Source of the DNA: an uncultured delta proteobacterium
Lineage (GTDB): Bacteria > Myxococcota_A > Polyangia > Fen-1088
DNA: 64,000 bases
Assembly (NCBI GenBank): GCA_963767925.1
Contig: CAVYGB010000013.1
Coordinates: 209,830 to 273,829 of the forward strand
Direction: 5' to 3'
Each line of letters begins with the position of its first letter. The stretch's first letter is position 1. Shown here one piece after another: positions 18,179 through 26,385 of this stretch. The translations under genes and the position numbers were made by a program. The notes beneath the pieces are model-generated. The model made no database searches and was not told the origin of the DNA. It saw nothing but the letters and a program-made list of their open reading frames with translations.

Positions 18179-20134
18179 TTGGCGGAGGCGCTGACGTGTT
18201 ACGGTACCGCCCGAAGGGCCGCGGTAAGAGGCTTCGTGTCATCCCCCAATCCTCCCGCGACGGGCACCCGTCGCACGTCCTCGGGCCCGCGCGCGATCCC
18301 GGACAAGCTGTTCGAGCGCCACCGGGCTTCGGGCCGGCTGGGTCCCTTGCTGGCCTGGGCGGTCGTGTTCGCCGACATCGGGACATCGATCTATTACGTC
18401 CCCGGAATCCTGTTCGTGGAGCTGGGGGGCCAGCGACCGTCCCCGGCGGCTCCCTTGATGCTCGCGACCGGGTTCGTGTTCATCCTGCTGGCCCTCAAGG
18501 AGGTGGAGGTCTCGGGCCGTTACCCCGACGGAGGCGGGGTGGTCTCGGTGGCCACCGACGCCTTCGGCCCCCTGTTCGGGTGCCTGGGCGGCATCCTCAT
18601 CAGCGTCGACTACTTTCTGACCGGGGCCATCTCCACGGTCTCGGGCTTCCAGTACCTGTCGGCGGCCATCCCCGCCCTGACGCCCTGGCTGGTCCCCTGC
18701 GCCTGCGCCGCGATGGTCGTTCTCGGGGCGCTCAACATCGTCGGCATCCGGGAGTCGGCCACCTTGACCGCCGGGCTGGCCATCAGCTCGTTGTTCGTCA
18801 ACCTCGTCATCCTGGTGACCGTGGCGGTGCAGCTCGACGCCGCGTCCTGGCGGCTGGTGATGGACCAGTTCACGTCGGTCGGCTCGTTGCAGATCGGGCC
18901 GCTGGCGATCGGCTTCGCCTCCTCCTGGCTGGCCTTCTCCGGGCTGGAGTCGCTCAGCCAGATCGCGCCGGCCCTCCGGGTGCCGCGCGAGCGGACCGCC
19001 CTGCGGGCGATGTTGCTGGTGGTGGCCTGCATCCTCATCACCTCGCCGCTGATGACCGCGTTTTGCACGGCCTTGCTGCAGGTGCACCGGGTCAATCCCG
19101 AGCAGTTCGTCTTCGCCCTCGGCGCCGAATACGGCCCGCGCACGCTGGAGGTGGCGATCGTGCTGACCGCCTCCACCTTGCTGATGGGCGCGGCCAACAC
19201 CGCCATCATCGGCTGTTACCACGTGTTCCTGGCCCTGGTGCGGCTGGGGTTCCTGCCGTCCTGGCTGGCCGAGCGCAGCCGCCGGTTCAACACCCCCCAC
19301 CGGGCCATCATGGTCTCGATCCTGGTGCCGGTGGCGGTGATCATCGCCAGCGGGGGCAAGACCCTCCTGCTGGGGCAGCTCTACGCCTTCGGGCTGCTGG
19401 GGGCCTTCTCCCTGAACTCGCTGGGCCTGGACCGCATCCGCTGGCAGGAGCGCAAGCACACGCCGGGCTTCTTCCTCGGGCTGTTCACCTCGCTGCTGGT
19501 CGTGACCGCCTGGTGCATCAACCTGGTTCACAAGGGCTCGGCGACCCTGTTCGGCGGGTCGATCACCCTGGTCGGCCTGGGGGTGGCCTACGCGGTCCGC
19601 CGGGGGTACCTGGGCGGCCACAAGAAGGGCTACCTCACGCCCGAGGCGGCGGAGCGGGCGGCCACCCAGCTCCCGGGCGCGGTCGAGATCCTCACCGTCG
19701 AGGAGGCGCTCGACATGCGGGCGGTGTACCGCTCGAGCACGCTGGTGGCGATGCGGGCCCCCAACCTGCGCCTGTTCCAGGAGGCGGTCGCGCGGGTGCG
19801 CGGGTCGGGCGAGCAGGCGGTCTACCTGATCTTCGTCGACGAGATTCCGGGCCTCTTCTTCCCGCCGAAGGTGGGTCCCTCCCGGGAGGCCCAGGAGGTG
19901 CTGGCCACCGGGGTGGAGTTCTTCCGGCAGGCCGACATGGTGGCGGTGCCGCTGTGGCGCATGGCCCACGACGCGGGCGCCTCGGTGGCGGGCGCCGCCC
20001 GGCGGCTCGGCGTGGGGGCGGTGCTGGTGGGGACCTCGCAGCGGAGCGCGGTCTGGCACCTCCTGCGCGGCAACGTGCTCAAGTCCCTGATCGCCGACCT
20101 GCCGAACGAGACCCGGGTCTGGATCTGCAACTGA
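18179..20134 (+). CDS. APC-family permease fused to a C-terminal universal stress protein domain
   Basis: ADIGTSIYY, YPDGGG, AFSGLESL, LYAFG; about 12 TM helices; USP-like C-terminus (VLVGTSQRS..LLRGNVL); true start may lie further downstream. Confidence 0.88.
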   Translation: MAEALTCYGTARRAAVRGFVSSPNPPATGTRRTSSGPRAIPDKLFERHRASGRLGPLLAWAVVFADIGTSIYYVPGILFVELGGQRPSPAAPLMLATGFVFILLALKEVEVSGRYPDGGGVVSVATDAFGPLFGCLGGILISVDYFLTGAISTVSGFQYLSAAIPALTPWLVPCACAAMVVLGALNIVGIRESATLTAGLAISSLFVNLVILVTVAVQLDAASWRLVMDQFTSVGSLQIGPLAIGFASSWLAFSGLESLSQIAPALRVPRERTALRAMLLVVACILITSPLMTAFCTALLQVHRVNPEQFVFALGAEYGPRTLEVAIVLTASTLLMGAANTAIIGCYHVFLALVRLGFLPSWLAERSRRFNTPHRAIMVSILVPVAVIIASGGKTLLLGQLYAFGLLGAFSLNSLGLDRIRWQERKHTPGFFLGLFTSLLVVTAWCINLVHKGSATLFGGSITLVGLGVAYAVRRGYLGGHKKGYLTPEAAERAATQLPGAVEILTVEEALDMRAVYRSSTLVAMRAPNLRLFQEAVARVRGSGEQAVYLIFVDEIPGLFFPPKVGPSREAQEVLATGVEFFRQADMVAVPLWRMAHDAGASVAGAARRLGVGAVLVGTSQRSAVWHLLRGNVLKSLIADLPNETRVWICN

Positions 20135-20144
20135 CCGGTCAGTG

Positions 20145-20603
20145 TCAGAACCCGATCGAGAGCCCGGCGTTGCCGTAGCGCGGGGCCGCGTCGACGGCCA
20201 GGGCGAGCGCCACCCGCCGCTCGGTGCTCACAGGTTGAAGGCGAACAGCCGCAGCTCGGCCCCCGCGGTGAGGTGGGCCCGGCCGGGGACGCCCTCGAAG
20301 CGAGCGGGCTCCCAGTAGAGCCCGCCGCGCAGGCCCAGCCGCCCGGGCTCTGGTTCCAGGGGCTGGGGGCCAGGCGAACCGCGCCTCCGAACGCGATCTC
20401 CCGGGGGGCCACCACCCGGCTCGGCAAGATGAGGCCCTGGCAGTCGTTGGGGTCGCAGGTCGCCTCCAGTCGAGGTCGCGGCCGGTGAGGGGCGTCGTGA
20501 CCGGCGCCGCCGCGGCGCCCACCGGCGCCACCGCCAGCGACAGGAACGCAAAGGCGGCGAGGCGGCGGGCCCGGAGCGCGAACCGGGAGAAGGAATCGAT
20601 CAC
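20145..20603 (-). pseudogene. Degraded outer-membrane beta-barrel gene remnant
   Basis: Signal peptide in one frame, CDPNDCQGLILPSRVVAP in a second, LRGGLYWEPARF...HLTAGAELRLF in a third, AVDAAPRYGNAGLSIGF at the end. Confidence 0.5.
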
Positions 20604-20698
20604 CGCGCGAGCATAAGGTCACCGCTCCTCCCGGGCGAGCCCGTCCTGCCCCCGCCCGACGATGGGTCCACCGCAGCTGAGTGAGCGGCCTCCGGCGT

Positions 20699-20743
20699 GT
20701 GCACGGGCACGAAAACGTGCACGGATCCGTCAGGCGTGCACGG
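20699..20743. repeat. GTGCAC-based palindromic element, copy 2
   Basis: Three GTGCACG units; core nearly identical to 13385-13412. Confidence 0.8.
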
Positions 20744-20757
20744 AAGACGTGGCTAAA

Positions 20758-21747
20758 ATGCCCCCCGTGTCGCGCTGGCCGGACGAGCCCCTCGCTCGAG
20801 ATCTCCCCCGAGGCTCCCTCGCCGCGGTCGCCTCCCTGATCCGGCTGGGCCGCCCGCTTTTCCTGGGGGGCGGGCTCATCCTGTATGGCCTCGGTGTTGG
20901 CGTCGCGGCCTGGGTGGGGTACCCGCCTCGCCTGGGGCCGTATCTGCTGGGCCAGGCGGTTGTGAGCGCCTTCCAGCTCATGACCCACTACGCGAACGAC
21001 TACTTCGACTACGAGGCGGATCGGGTCAACCAGGCGCGCACCCGCTGGTCGGGGGGCAGCGGCGTGCTGGCCCGGGGGGAGCTGCCCCGCCAGGTCGCGC
21101 TCGTCGCCGCGCTGGTGCTGGCCGCGGTCGGGCTCGGCCTGACGGCGCTGCTGGCCCGGGGAGCGGAGGCCCGGCCCGGGGTGTTGCCGATCGGGATCGC
21201 CATGTTCGCGCTGTCCTGGGCCTACAGCGCGCCGCCGGTGCGGCTGCTCGCCACCGGGCTGGGGGCGCTCGACGTGGCCCTGGTGGTGACCGGGCTGGTG
21301 CCTCTCCTCGGGTTTCACCTGCAGGCGCCCGCCGCCGAGCTGGCGAGCCTGCGGCCCCTGTTGCTGGCGCTGCTGCCGCCGGCCCTCTTGCAGATCGCGA
21401 TGATCGTGGCGGTCGACTTGCCCGACGCCCGCAGCGACGCCGAGGCGGGCAAGCGCACGCTGGTGGTCCGCCTCGGCGCGGAGCGGGCGGCGCGCCTGTA
21501 CGTGGCGCTGCTGGCGGCGGCCTACCTGGTGTTGCCGCTGGCGGTGGCGGCGGGGCTGCCCCTCGTGGTGGCTGCGGCGGCGGCGCTGCCCGCGCCGCTG
21601 GCGCTGTGGCGGATCGGGCGGATCCTCCGGGGCGACCACCGCGCGCCGGCGCGCTTCGAGGCGATCGCGTTCTGGTCGGTGGCCCTGCTGACCGCCACCG
21701 CCGCGGCCGAGCTGCTGGCCTTCGCCGGGCTGGCCGCCGCGCGCTGA
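20758..21747 (+). CDS. UbiA-superfamily prenyltransferase (MenA-like)
   Basis: HYANDYFDYEAD, GGSGVL, YSAPPVRL, DLPDARSDAEAGKRTLVVRLG; multiple TM helices. Confidence 0.9.
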   Translation: MPPVSRWPDEPLARDLPRGSLAAVASLIRLGRPLFLGGGLILYGLGVGVAAWVGYPPRLGPYLLGQAVVSAFQLMTHYANDYFDYEADRVNQARTRWSGGSGVLARGELPRQVALVAALVLAAVGLGLTALLARGAEARPGVLPIGIAMFALSWAYSAPPVRLLATGLGALDVALVVTGLVPLLGFHLQAPAAELASLRPLLLALLPPALLQIAMIVAVDLPDARSDAEAGKRTLVVRLGAERAARLYVALLAAAYLVLPLAVAAGLPLVVAAAAALPAPLALWRIGRILRGDHRAPARFEAIAFWSVALLTATAAAELLAFAGLAAAR

Positions 21748-21756
21748 CCGCGACCT

Positions 21757-22914
21757 TCAGGGATCGCCGGCCAGGCGCCGGGTGCCGGCCGCGACCCCAC
21801 ACAGGTGGCGGAACAGCGCCGGCCAGCGGTCGAGCAGGGCGAGGGCCCCGCGGGCCAGCCGGGGCCGCTGCACCAGCGTCAGCAGCAACCGGGTGAGCAG
21901 GGCGGGCTCGCGGTAGATCCGCCAGCGGCGGCGATCGAACTCGGCCAGCACGTCGTCGGAGGCGTCGAACCGGGGCGGGTGATCCAGATCCAGCCGGCGC
22001 GCGAGGCAGCCGGCCAGCAGCTCGGCCGATAGCAGCGCCTGGGCCATCCCCGCTCCCGTGACCGGGTCGAGGGCGAGGGCGGCGTCGCCGAGCAGCACCA
22101 GCCCCGGCAACACCGAGCGGCGCGCGCGCGTCGACAGGGGCAGGCGCCCGCCCAGCTCGCTGCGCGGCTCGGCCCCCTCCAGCAGCTCCTGCAGCGCCCG
22201 GTGCTGGGCCACGGTCCGCTGGAAGAAGGCGCCCGCCGGGCGGGTGGCGGCGTCCCGGTCGGCCAGCGCCGCCACCGAGACCTCGCCGTCGGGCAAGGGG
22301 GTCACGTAGATCTCGTGACCCGCGCCGAGGTGGATGTCGACGTGGTCGCCGGCGGTGCGGCCGGGGGCCAGCCGGTAGTGGATCCGCAGGCCGACCCGGG
22401 GCCGCGCGCCCGGCGCCGCCTCGAGCCCGAGCTGCCGCCGCAGCCGCGAGCGGGGACCGTCGGCCGCCACCACCAGGGCCGCCCGGCGGGTTTGCCCCTC
22501 GACCCGCACGCCCCGGATCCGCCCGCCCTCGAGCAGCGGGCCCTCGACCCGGGCGCCGTCGTGGGCCGCGACGTTCGCCGTGCTCCGCGCGGTCTCGAAC
22601 AGGGTGGCGTCGAGGCGCAGGCGCCGCTGGGCCAGGCCCAGGGCCGGGATCCCGTCGGCGGTGGGGAAGGGCGCTTGCAGGCAGCGCCCGTAGCCGCGGT
22701 AGCGGATGCCGGCAAAGCGGGCCCCGCCCGCGCGCGCCAGCAACCCCAGCCGCGCCAGCACCGCCACCCCGGCGGGCATGATCCCCTCGGCGCAGGCCTT
22801 GTCCCGGGGGAAGGCCGCCCGCTCGTACAGCTCGACGCCCACCCCGGCCCGACCCAGCAGGATGGCGAGGGTCGACCCCGCCACCCCGCCGCCCACTACG
22901 ATCACGTCGGTCAC
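21757..22914 (-). CDS. FAD-dependent oxidoreductase / monooxygenase (SrsC-like, geranylgeranyl reductase family)
   Basis: DVIVVGGGVAG, FPRDKACAEGIMP, VAADG, LLGDA...DPVTGAGM; GTG start overlaps the upstream TGA. Confidence 0.85.
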   Translation of the reverse strand: MTDVIVVGGGVAGSTLAILLGRAGVGVELYERAAFPRDKACAEGIMPAGVAVLARLGLLARAGGARFAGIRYRGYGRCLQAPFPTADGIPALGLAQRRLRLDATLFETARSTANVAAHDGARVEGPLLEGGRIRGVRVEGQTRRAALVVAADGPRSRLRRQLGLEAAPGARPRVGLRIHYRLAPGRTAGDHVDIHLGAGHEIYVTPLPDGEVSVAALADRDAATRPAGAFFQRTVAQHRALQELLEGAEPRSELGGRLPLSTRARRSVLPGLVLLGDAALALDPVTGAGMAQALLSAELLAGCLARRLDLDHPPRFDASDDVLAEFDRRRWRIYREPALLTRLLLTLVQRPRLARGALALLDRWPALFRHLCGVAAGTRRLAGDP

Positions 22915-23522
22915 GGCCCGCCGCCGCGGACCACCGGCGAGGCCCGGCGCAGGTGGGGCACGAAGCGGGGTTTTTCGCCCATGCGATCCCGGTAGACCGG
23001 ATCGGCCAGCAGGGCGGCCTCCTCGACGCGGATGCGGTGGTAGAGGACCCAGACGTGGGCCAGGCTGCCGAGGGTGGCGGTGATCCAGGCGCTGTACACG
23101 AGGGGCAAGGCGAGCAGCTCCAGGAACACCGCCAGGTAGTTGGGGTGGCGGATGAAGCGGAAGGGGCCGCCGGTCACCACGCCGAGCCGGATCGAGTCCA
23201 TCACCTGGACGTTCCAGTGGGGGCCCAGGGTGGTGATGACCCAGATCCGGAGGGCGGTGGCGCCGGCCAGCACCCCCAGGGCGGTGCCGGTGATCGGGAG
23301 GATCGGCTCGCGCCGGCCCAGCCAGGCCTCCAGGCCGGCGCCGAACATCACGCTGGTGTGGAGCAGCACCATCGCCCCGAAGTGGGGCTCGGGCACCCGG
23401 GCGAACCCCCGCCGTTGCAGGGCGCGCTGGCGCTGGCGCGACAGGCGCATCTCGAGCAGGCGCAAGGTCCCGACGGCGACGAGCAACAACCAGTAGAGCA
23501 GCAGAGAGGTCTTCAGTTCCAT
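22911..23522 (-). CDS. Isoprenylcysteine carboxyl methyltransferase family protein (SrsB/BpsB-like)
   Basis: RLLEMRLS, LRIWVITTLGPHWN, GPFRFIRHPNY, RIRVEEAAL. Confidence 0.9.
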   Translation of the reverse strand: MELKTSLLLYWLLLVAVGTLRLLEMRLSRQRQRALQRRGFARVPEPHFGAMVLLHTSVMFGAGLEAWLGRREPILPITGTALGVLAGATALRIWVITTLGPHWNVQVMDSIRLGVVTGGPFRFIRHPNYLAVFLELLALPLVYSAWITATLGSLAHVWVLYHRIRVEEAALLADPVYRDRMGEKPRFVPHLRRASPVVRGGGP

Positions 23523-24568
23523 CGCAGCACACACAGCTCGGCGGTGAGGCCCGGACCGAAGGCGCCCAGCAGCCCGGAGGAGCCGGCCGGGGGCCGGTGC
23601 CGGCGCAGCCAGCGGTCGAGGACGAACAGGATGGCTGCGCTCGAGGTGTTGCCGTGCTCGCGCAGCACGTCCCAGGAGGGTTGCATCTGGCGGCGGTCGA
23701 TGGCCAGCGCTTCTTCGAGGGCCTCGAGGATGCGCCGGCCGCCGGGGTGGAGCAGGTAGCTCTCGAGGTCGGCGCGGCGGAGCTGGATCTTGCCGAGCAG
23801 CCCGTCGACGACCCGGGCCAGCCCGGCCCGCAGGCGGTCGGGCAAGTCCTTCGAGAGCAACACGTGAAAGCCGTCGTCGCGCAGCTCGAACCCGAGGGCG
23901 TCGAGGGTGTCGGGGAAGAGGTGGCTCTCCACCTCGAGGATGGAGAGAGGACCCCGGGGCCGGCCGGTCAGCAGGGCGGCCGCCGCGCCGTCGCCGAACA
24001 GGGCGGTGGAGACGAGCTGCGGGACGCTGACGTCGTCGTGCTGGAAGCTCAGGGTCGGCAGCTCCACCGCCACGACGAGGACGTGCCCCTCGGGGTGCCC
24101 GCGCAGGTAGTCGTGGGCCCGGGCCAGGGCGGCGGCGCCCGCGACGCAGCCGAGCTCGGTGATGGGCAGGCGCTTGATGTCGGGGCGAAAGTCGAGGGCG
24201 TTGGCCAGGTGGGCGTCGAGCGAGGGAATCATCACGCCGGTGCAGGACACCGTGATCACGAGGTCGATGGCCCGGGCGGGGACGTCGGCCTCCCACAGGC
24301 ACCGTTCGGTCACCTGCCGTCCGAGCTCGACGGCGTGCTGGCGGTAGATCGCCATGGTCTGCCCGAGGCCCCGCCGCTGCCGGAGCTGGTCGAGCGGCAG
24401 CACGCTGTGGCGGGTGTCGACAAGCGCGTGGTCGAAGAGGGCCAGCACGCCCGCCCGGCGGTGCTCGGGCACCGGCAGGAGCTCGCCCAGGCTGCGCTTG
24501 ACGCTCTCCTGATCGAGGAGGTGTCGGGGCACGGCGGTCGCGGTGTGGAGGATGGTGGAGACAGCCAT
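23513..24568 (-). CDS. Type III polyketide synthase (chalcone synthase-like, SrsA/BpsA group)
   Basis: Cys-His-Asn triad: ELGCVAG, LLHPGG, HGNTSS; ALFGDGAAA; AFGPG. Confidence 0.95.
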   Translation of the reverse strand: MAVSTILHTATAVPRHLLDQESVKRSLGELLPVPEHRRAGVLALFDHALVDTRHSVLPLDQLRQRRGLGQTMAIYRQHAVELGRQVTERCLWEADVPARAIDLVITVSCTGVMIPSLDAHLANALDFRPDIKRLPITELGCVAGAAALARAHDYLRGHPEGHVLVVAVELPTLSFQHDDVSVPQLVSTALFGDGAAAALLTGRPRGPLSILEVESHLFPDTLDALGFELRDDGFHVLLSKDLPDRLRAGLARVVDGLLGKIQLRRADLESYLLHPGGRRILEALEEALAIDRRQMQPSWDVLREHGNTSSAAILFVLDRWLRRHRPPAGSSGLLGAFGPGLTAELCVLRWN

Positions 24569-24664
24569 GAAACCCGCCGCGTAGAGGTGGGTCCGCCAGC
24601 GGAGCGGGCGGGGTCAGGTTTACTACGCAATCTTTCGGGACGCTTCCCGGGTAGATTGAGGGCC

Positions 24665-26203
24665 GTGATCCGGAAGATCGGAACGGGCGCGGGCGCTCTG
24701 CTGACCGCCGTGCTGGCCGTCCTGCTGACCCTGGGGCTGAGCGCGGGCTGCGAGGGCGAACTCGCGACGGGCGACGAGGCGCAGGCCGGACCGACCCCGC
24801 GCTACATCCCCGGCGACTGCGAGGGGCCGCTTCCCGGGGGCCTGGCGGTCGAATGCGGGACGGTGCGGGTGCCCGAGCGGCGGGGGGATCCGACCTCGCC
24901 GGAGATCGCCGTGCAGGTGGCGCGGATCCGGCCGCGGGACGCAGCCGGCGAGGTTGTCCCGGTCGCCTACCTGGCCGGGCCGGCGGGGGCCAGCGGGGTG
25001 GCCAGCGCGCTCTATTACGCCGGGTGGACGCCTGACGCCTCGCTGCGAGCGCTGCTGGCGAGGCGGACGATCGTGGCCATCGACCTGCGCGGGACCGGCG
25101 GCTCGAGCCCCAGCCTGCGCTGCCCGGGGGTGCGGGTGGCGGCCCTGCCGGGGACGGCAGCCGGGATCGACCCCGACACCGCCGCGGCGCTGTCCGAATG
25201 CCGCGCGCGCCTGAGCGCGGCGCGGGTGGCGCCCTCGGCCTACGGAACCGCGGCGGCGGCCGACGATGTCGAGGCGGTCCGGCGCGCGCTGGGCGGGGCG
25301 CCCTGGGATCTGGTGGGCTCCGGCTACGGGGCCCGCGTCGCCCTCGAGGTGATCCGCCGGCACCCGGCCGGGGTGCGGGCCGCGGTGCTCGATTCGGTGC
25401 TGCCGCCCGAGGTGGATCTGCTGGGCGAAGAGGGGCCGGCGGCGGCGCGCGCGCTGGCGGCGATGGCCGCGCGCTGCGCGGGCGATCCCACCTGTCGGGC
25501 GGCGCATCCGGATCCGCTGGGCGCGCTGGACGCGCTCATCGAGCGGCTGGACGGCGCGCCGGTGGAGGTGGGCACCCACGGTGGCGCGGTGGTGCTGACC
25601 GGCGCGGCCCTGGCCCGGGCGGTGCTGGCCCAGCTCGCCGAGCCGGGGGCCGCGGCCCGCCTGCCCGAGCGGCTCGCCGAGGCGGGGGCGGGGGACTACG
25701 GCTTCTTCGCGGCGGTGCTCGGCGCCCCCCGCGGCGAGGGGAGCCTGGGCGCTCATCTGTCGGTGATGTGCGCGGAGGCCTTGCCGGCCAGCTCGCGTGC
25801 GGCCATCGAGGCGCGCGCCGCCACCGTGCCCGGGGCGGCCAGCCGGACCCTGGTGAGCCGGTTTTATCCGCTGGTCTGCCCGCTGTGGGCGGTGCCCGAC
25901 GCGCCGGCCGCGTTGCGCGATCCGGTGCAGGGGTCGCTGCCCTTGTTGCTGCTGGCCGGGAGCCACGATCCGCTGGTCCCGCCCGGGTGGGCACGGCGGG
26001 TGGCGGCCGGGTTCCCCGGCGCGCGGGTCGTCGAGCTCGCCGACCAGGGGCACGCCCTGCTGCGGGTGCGCTGCCCGGCCGAGATCGCCGCGGCTTTCCT
26101 GGCAGATCCGACAAAAGAGCCGACAAAAGATCCGGCTGGAGATCCGGCGGGTGGCGCGGGCGCCTGCGCCCCGGCCTTGCAACCGGCCGCCAGCTCGCGA
26201 TAA
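24665..26203 (+). CDS. Alpha/beta-hydrolase (TAP-like peptidase family) lipoprotein
   Basis: Lipobox SAGC; ECGTVRVPE, DLRGTG, VRAAVLDS, GSHDP, GH; nucleophile elbow reads GSGYG. Confidence 0.8.
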   Translation: MIRKIGTGAGALLTAVLAVLLTLGLSAGCEGELATGDEAQAGPTPRYIPGDCEGPLPGGLAVECGTVRVPERRGDPTSPEIAVQVARIRPRDAAGEVVPVAYLAGPAGASGVASALYYAGWTPDASLRALLARRTIVAIDLRGTGGSSPSLRCPGVRVAALPGTAAGIDPDTAAALSECRARLSAARVAPSAYGTAAAADDVEAVRRALGGAPWDLVGSGYGARVALEVIRRHPAGVRAAVLDSVLPPEVDLLGEEGPAAARALAAMAARCAGDPTCRAAHPDPLGALDALIERLDGAPVEVGTHGGAVVLTGAALARAVLAQLAEPGAAARLPERLAEAGAGDYGFFAAVLGAPRGEGSLGAHLSVMCAEALPASSRAAIEARAATVPGAASRTLVSRFYPLVCPLWAVPDAPAALRDPVQGSLPLLLLAGSHDPLVPPGWARRVAAGFPGARVVELADQGHALLRVRCPAEIAAAFLADPTKEPTKDPAGDPAGGAGACAPALQPAASSR

Positions 26204-26206
26204 GCT
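26177..26206 (+). promoter_or_regulatory. Candidate sigma70 promoter for the ilvE leader
   Basis: TTGCAA (26177-26182), 18-bp spacer, TAAGCT (26201-26206). Confidence 0.4.
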
Positions 26207-26216
26207 AAAAGCTCTC

Positions 26217-26294
26217 TTGTCGAGCTTCACTCTGCTCCCGGTCGTAGTGCTCGTCGTCCTTACCGACGACGCCGGCCGGGTTCGCCTCGAGTGA
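26217..26294 (+). CDS. Putative Val/Leu-rich leader peptide (MSSFTLLPVVVLVVLTDDAGRVRLE)
   Basis: TTG start, TGA stop; 9 of codons 6-15 are Leu/Val, including GTA and CTT, which are rare in GC-rich genomes; directly upstream of ilvE. Confidence 0.7.
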   Translation: MSSFTLLPVVVLVVLTDDAGRVRLE

Positions 26295-26385
26295 CATTCG
26301 CGAGAGGACGACCCAGGCCGGTAAGGCCGCGGGTCGCTCCTCCGAGTGCTCGCGGTCGCCGGTCGCAACCCCGGAGACGACGACC
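26241..26385 (+). promoter_or_regulatory. Putative attenuator RNA with alternative hairpins
   Basis: Hairpin 26304-26342 competes with leader pairings (GTCGTCCT:AGGACGAC, CCTTACCG:CGGTAAGG) and with anti-SD pairing (GGTCG/CTCC with GGAG..CGACC). Confidence 0.6.

Noticed and set aside
26105..26150. 12-bp repeats encoding DPTKEPTKDPAGDPAG
   Set aside because: Short in-frame slippage in a disordered C-terminal tail
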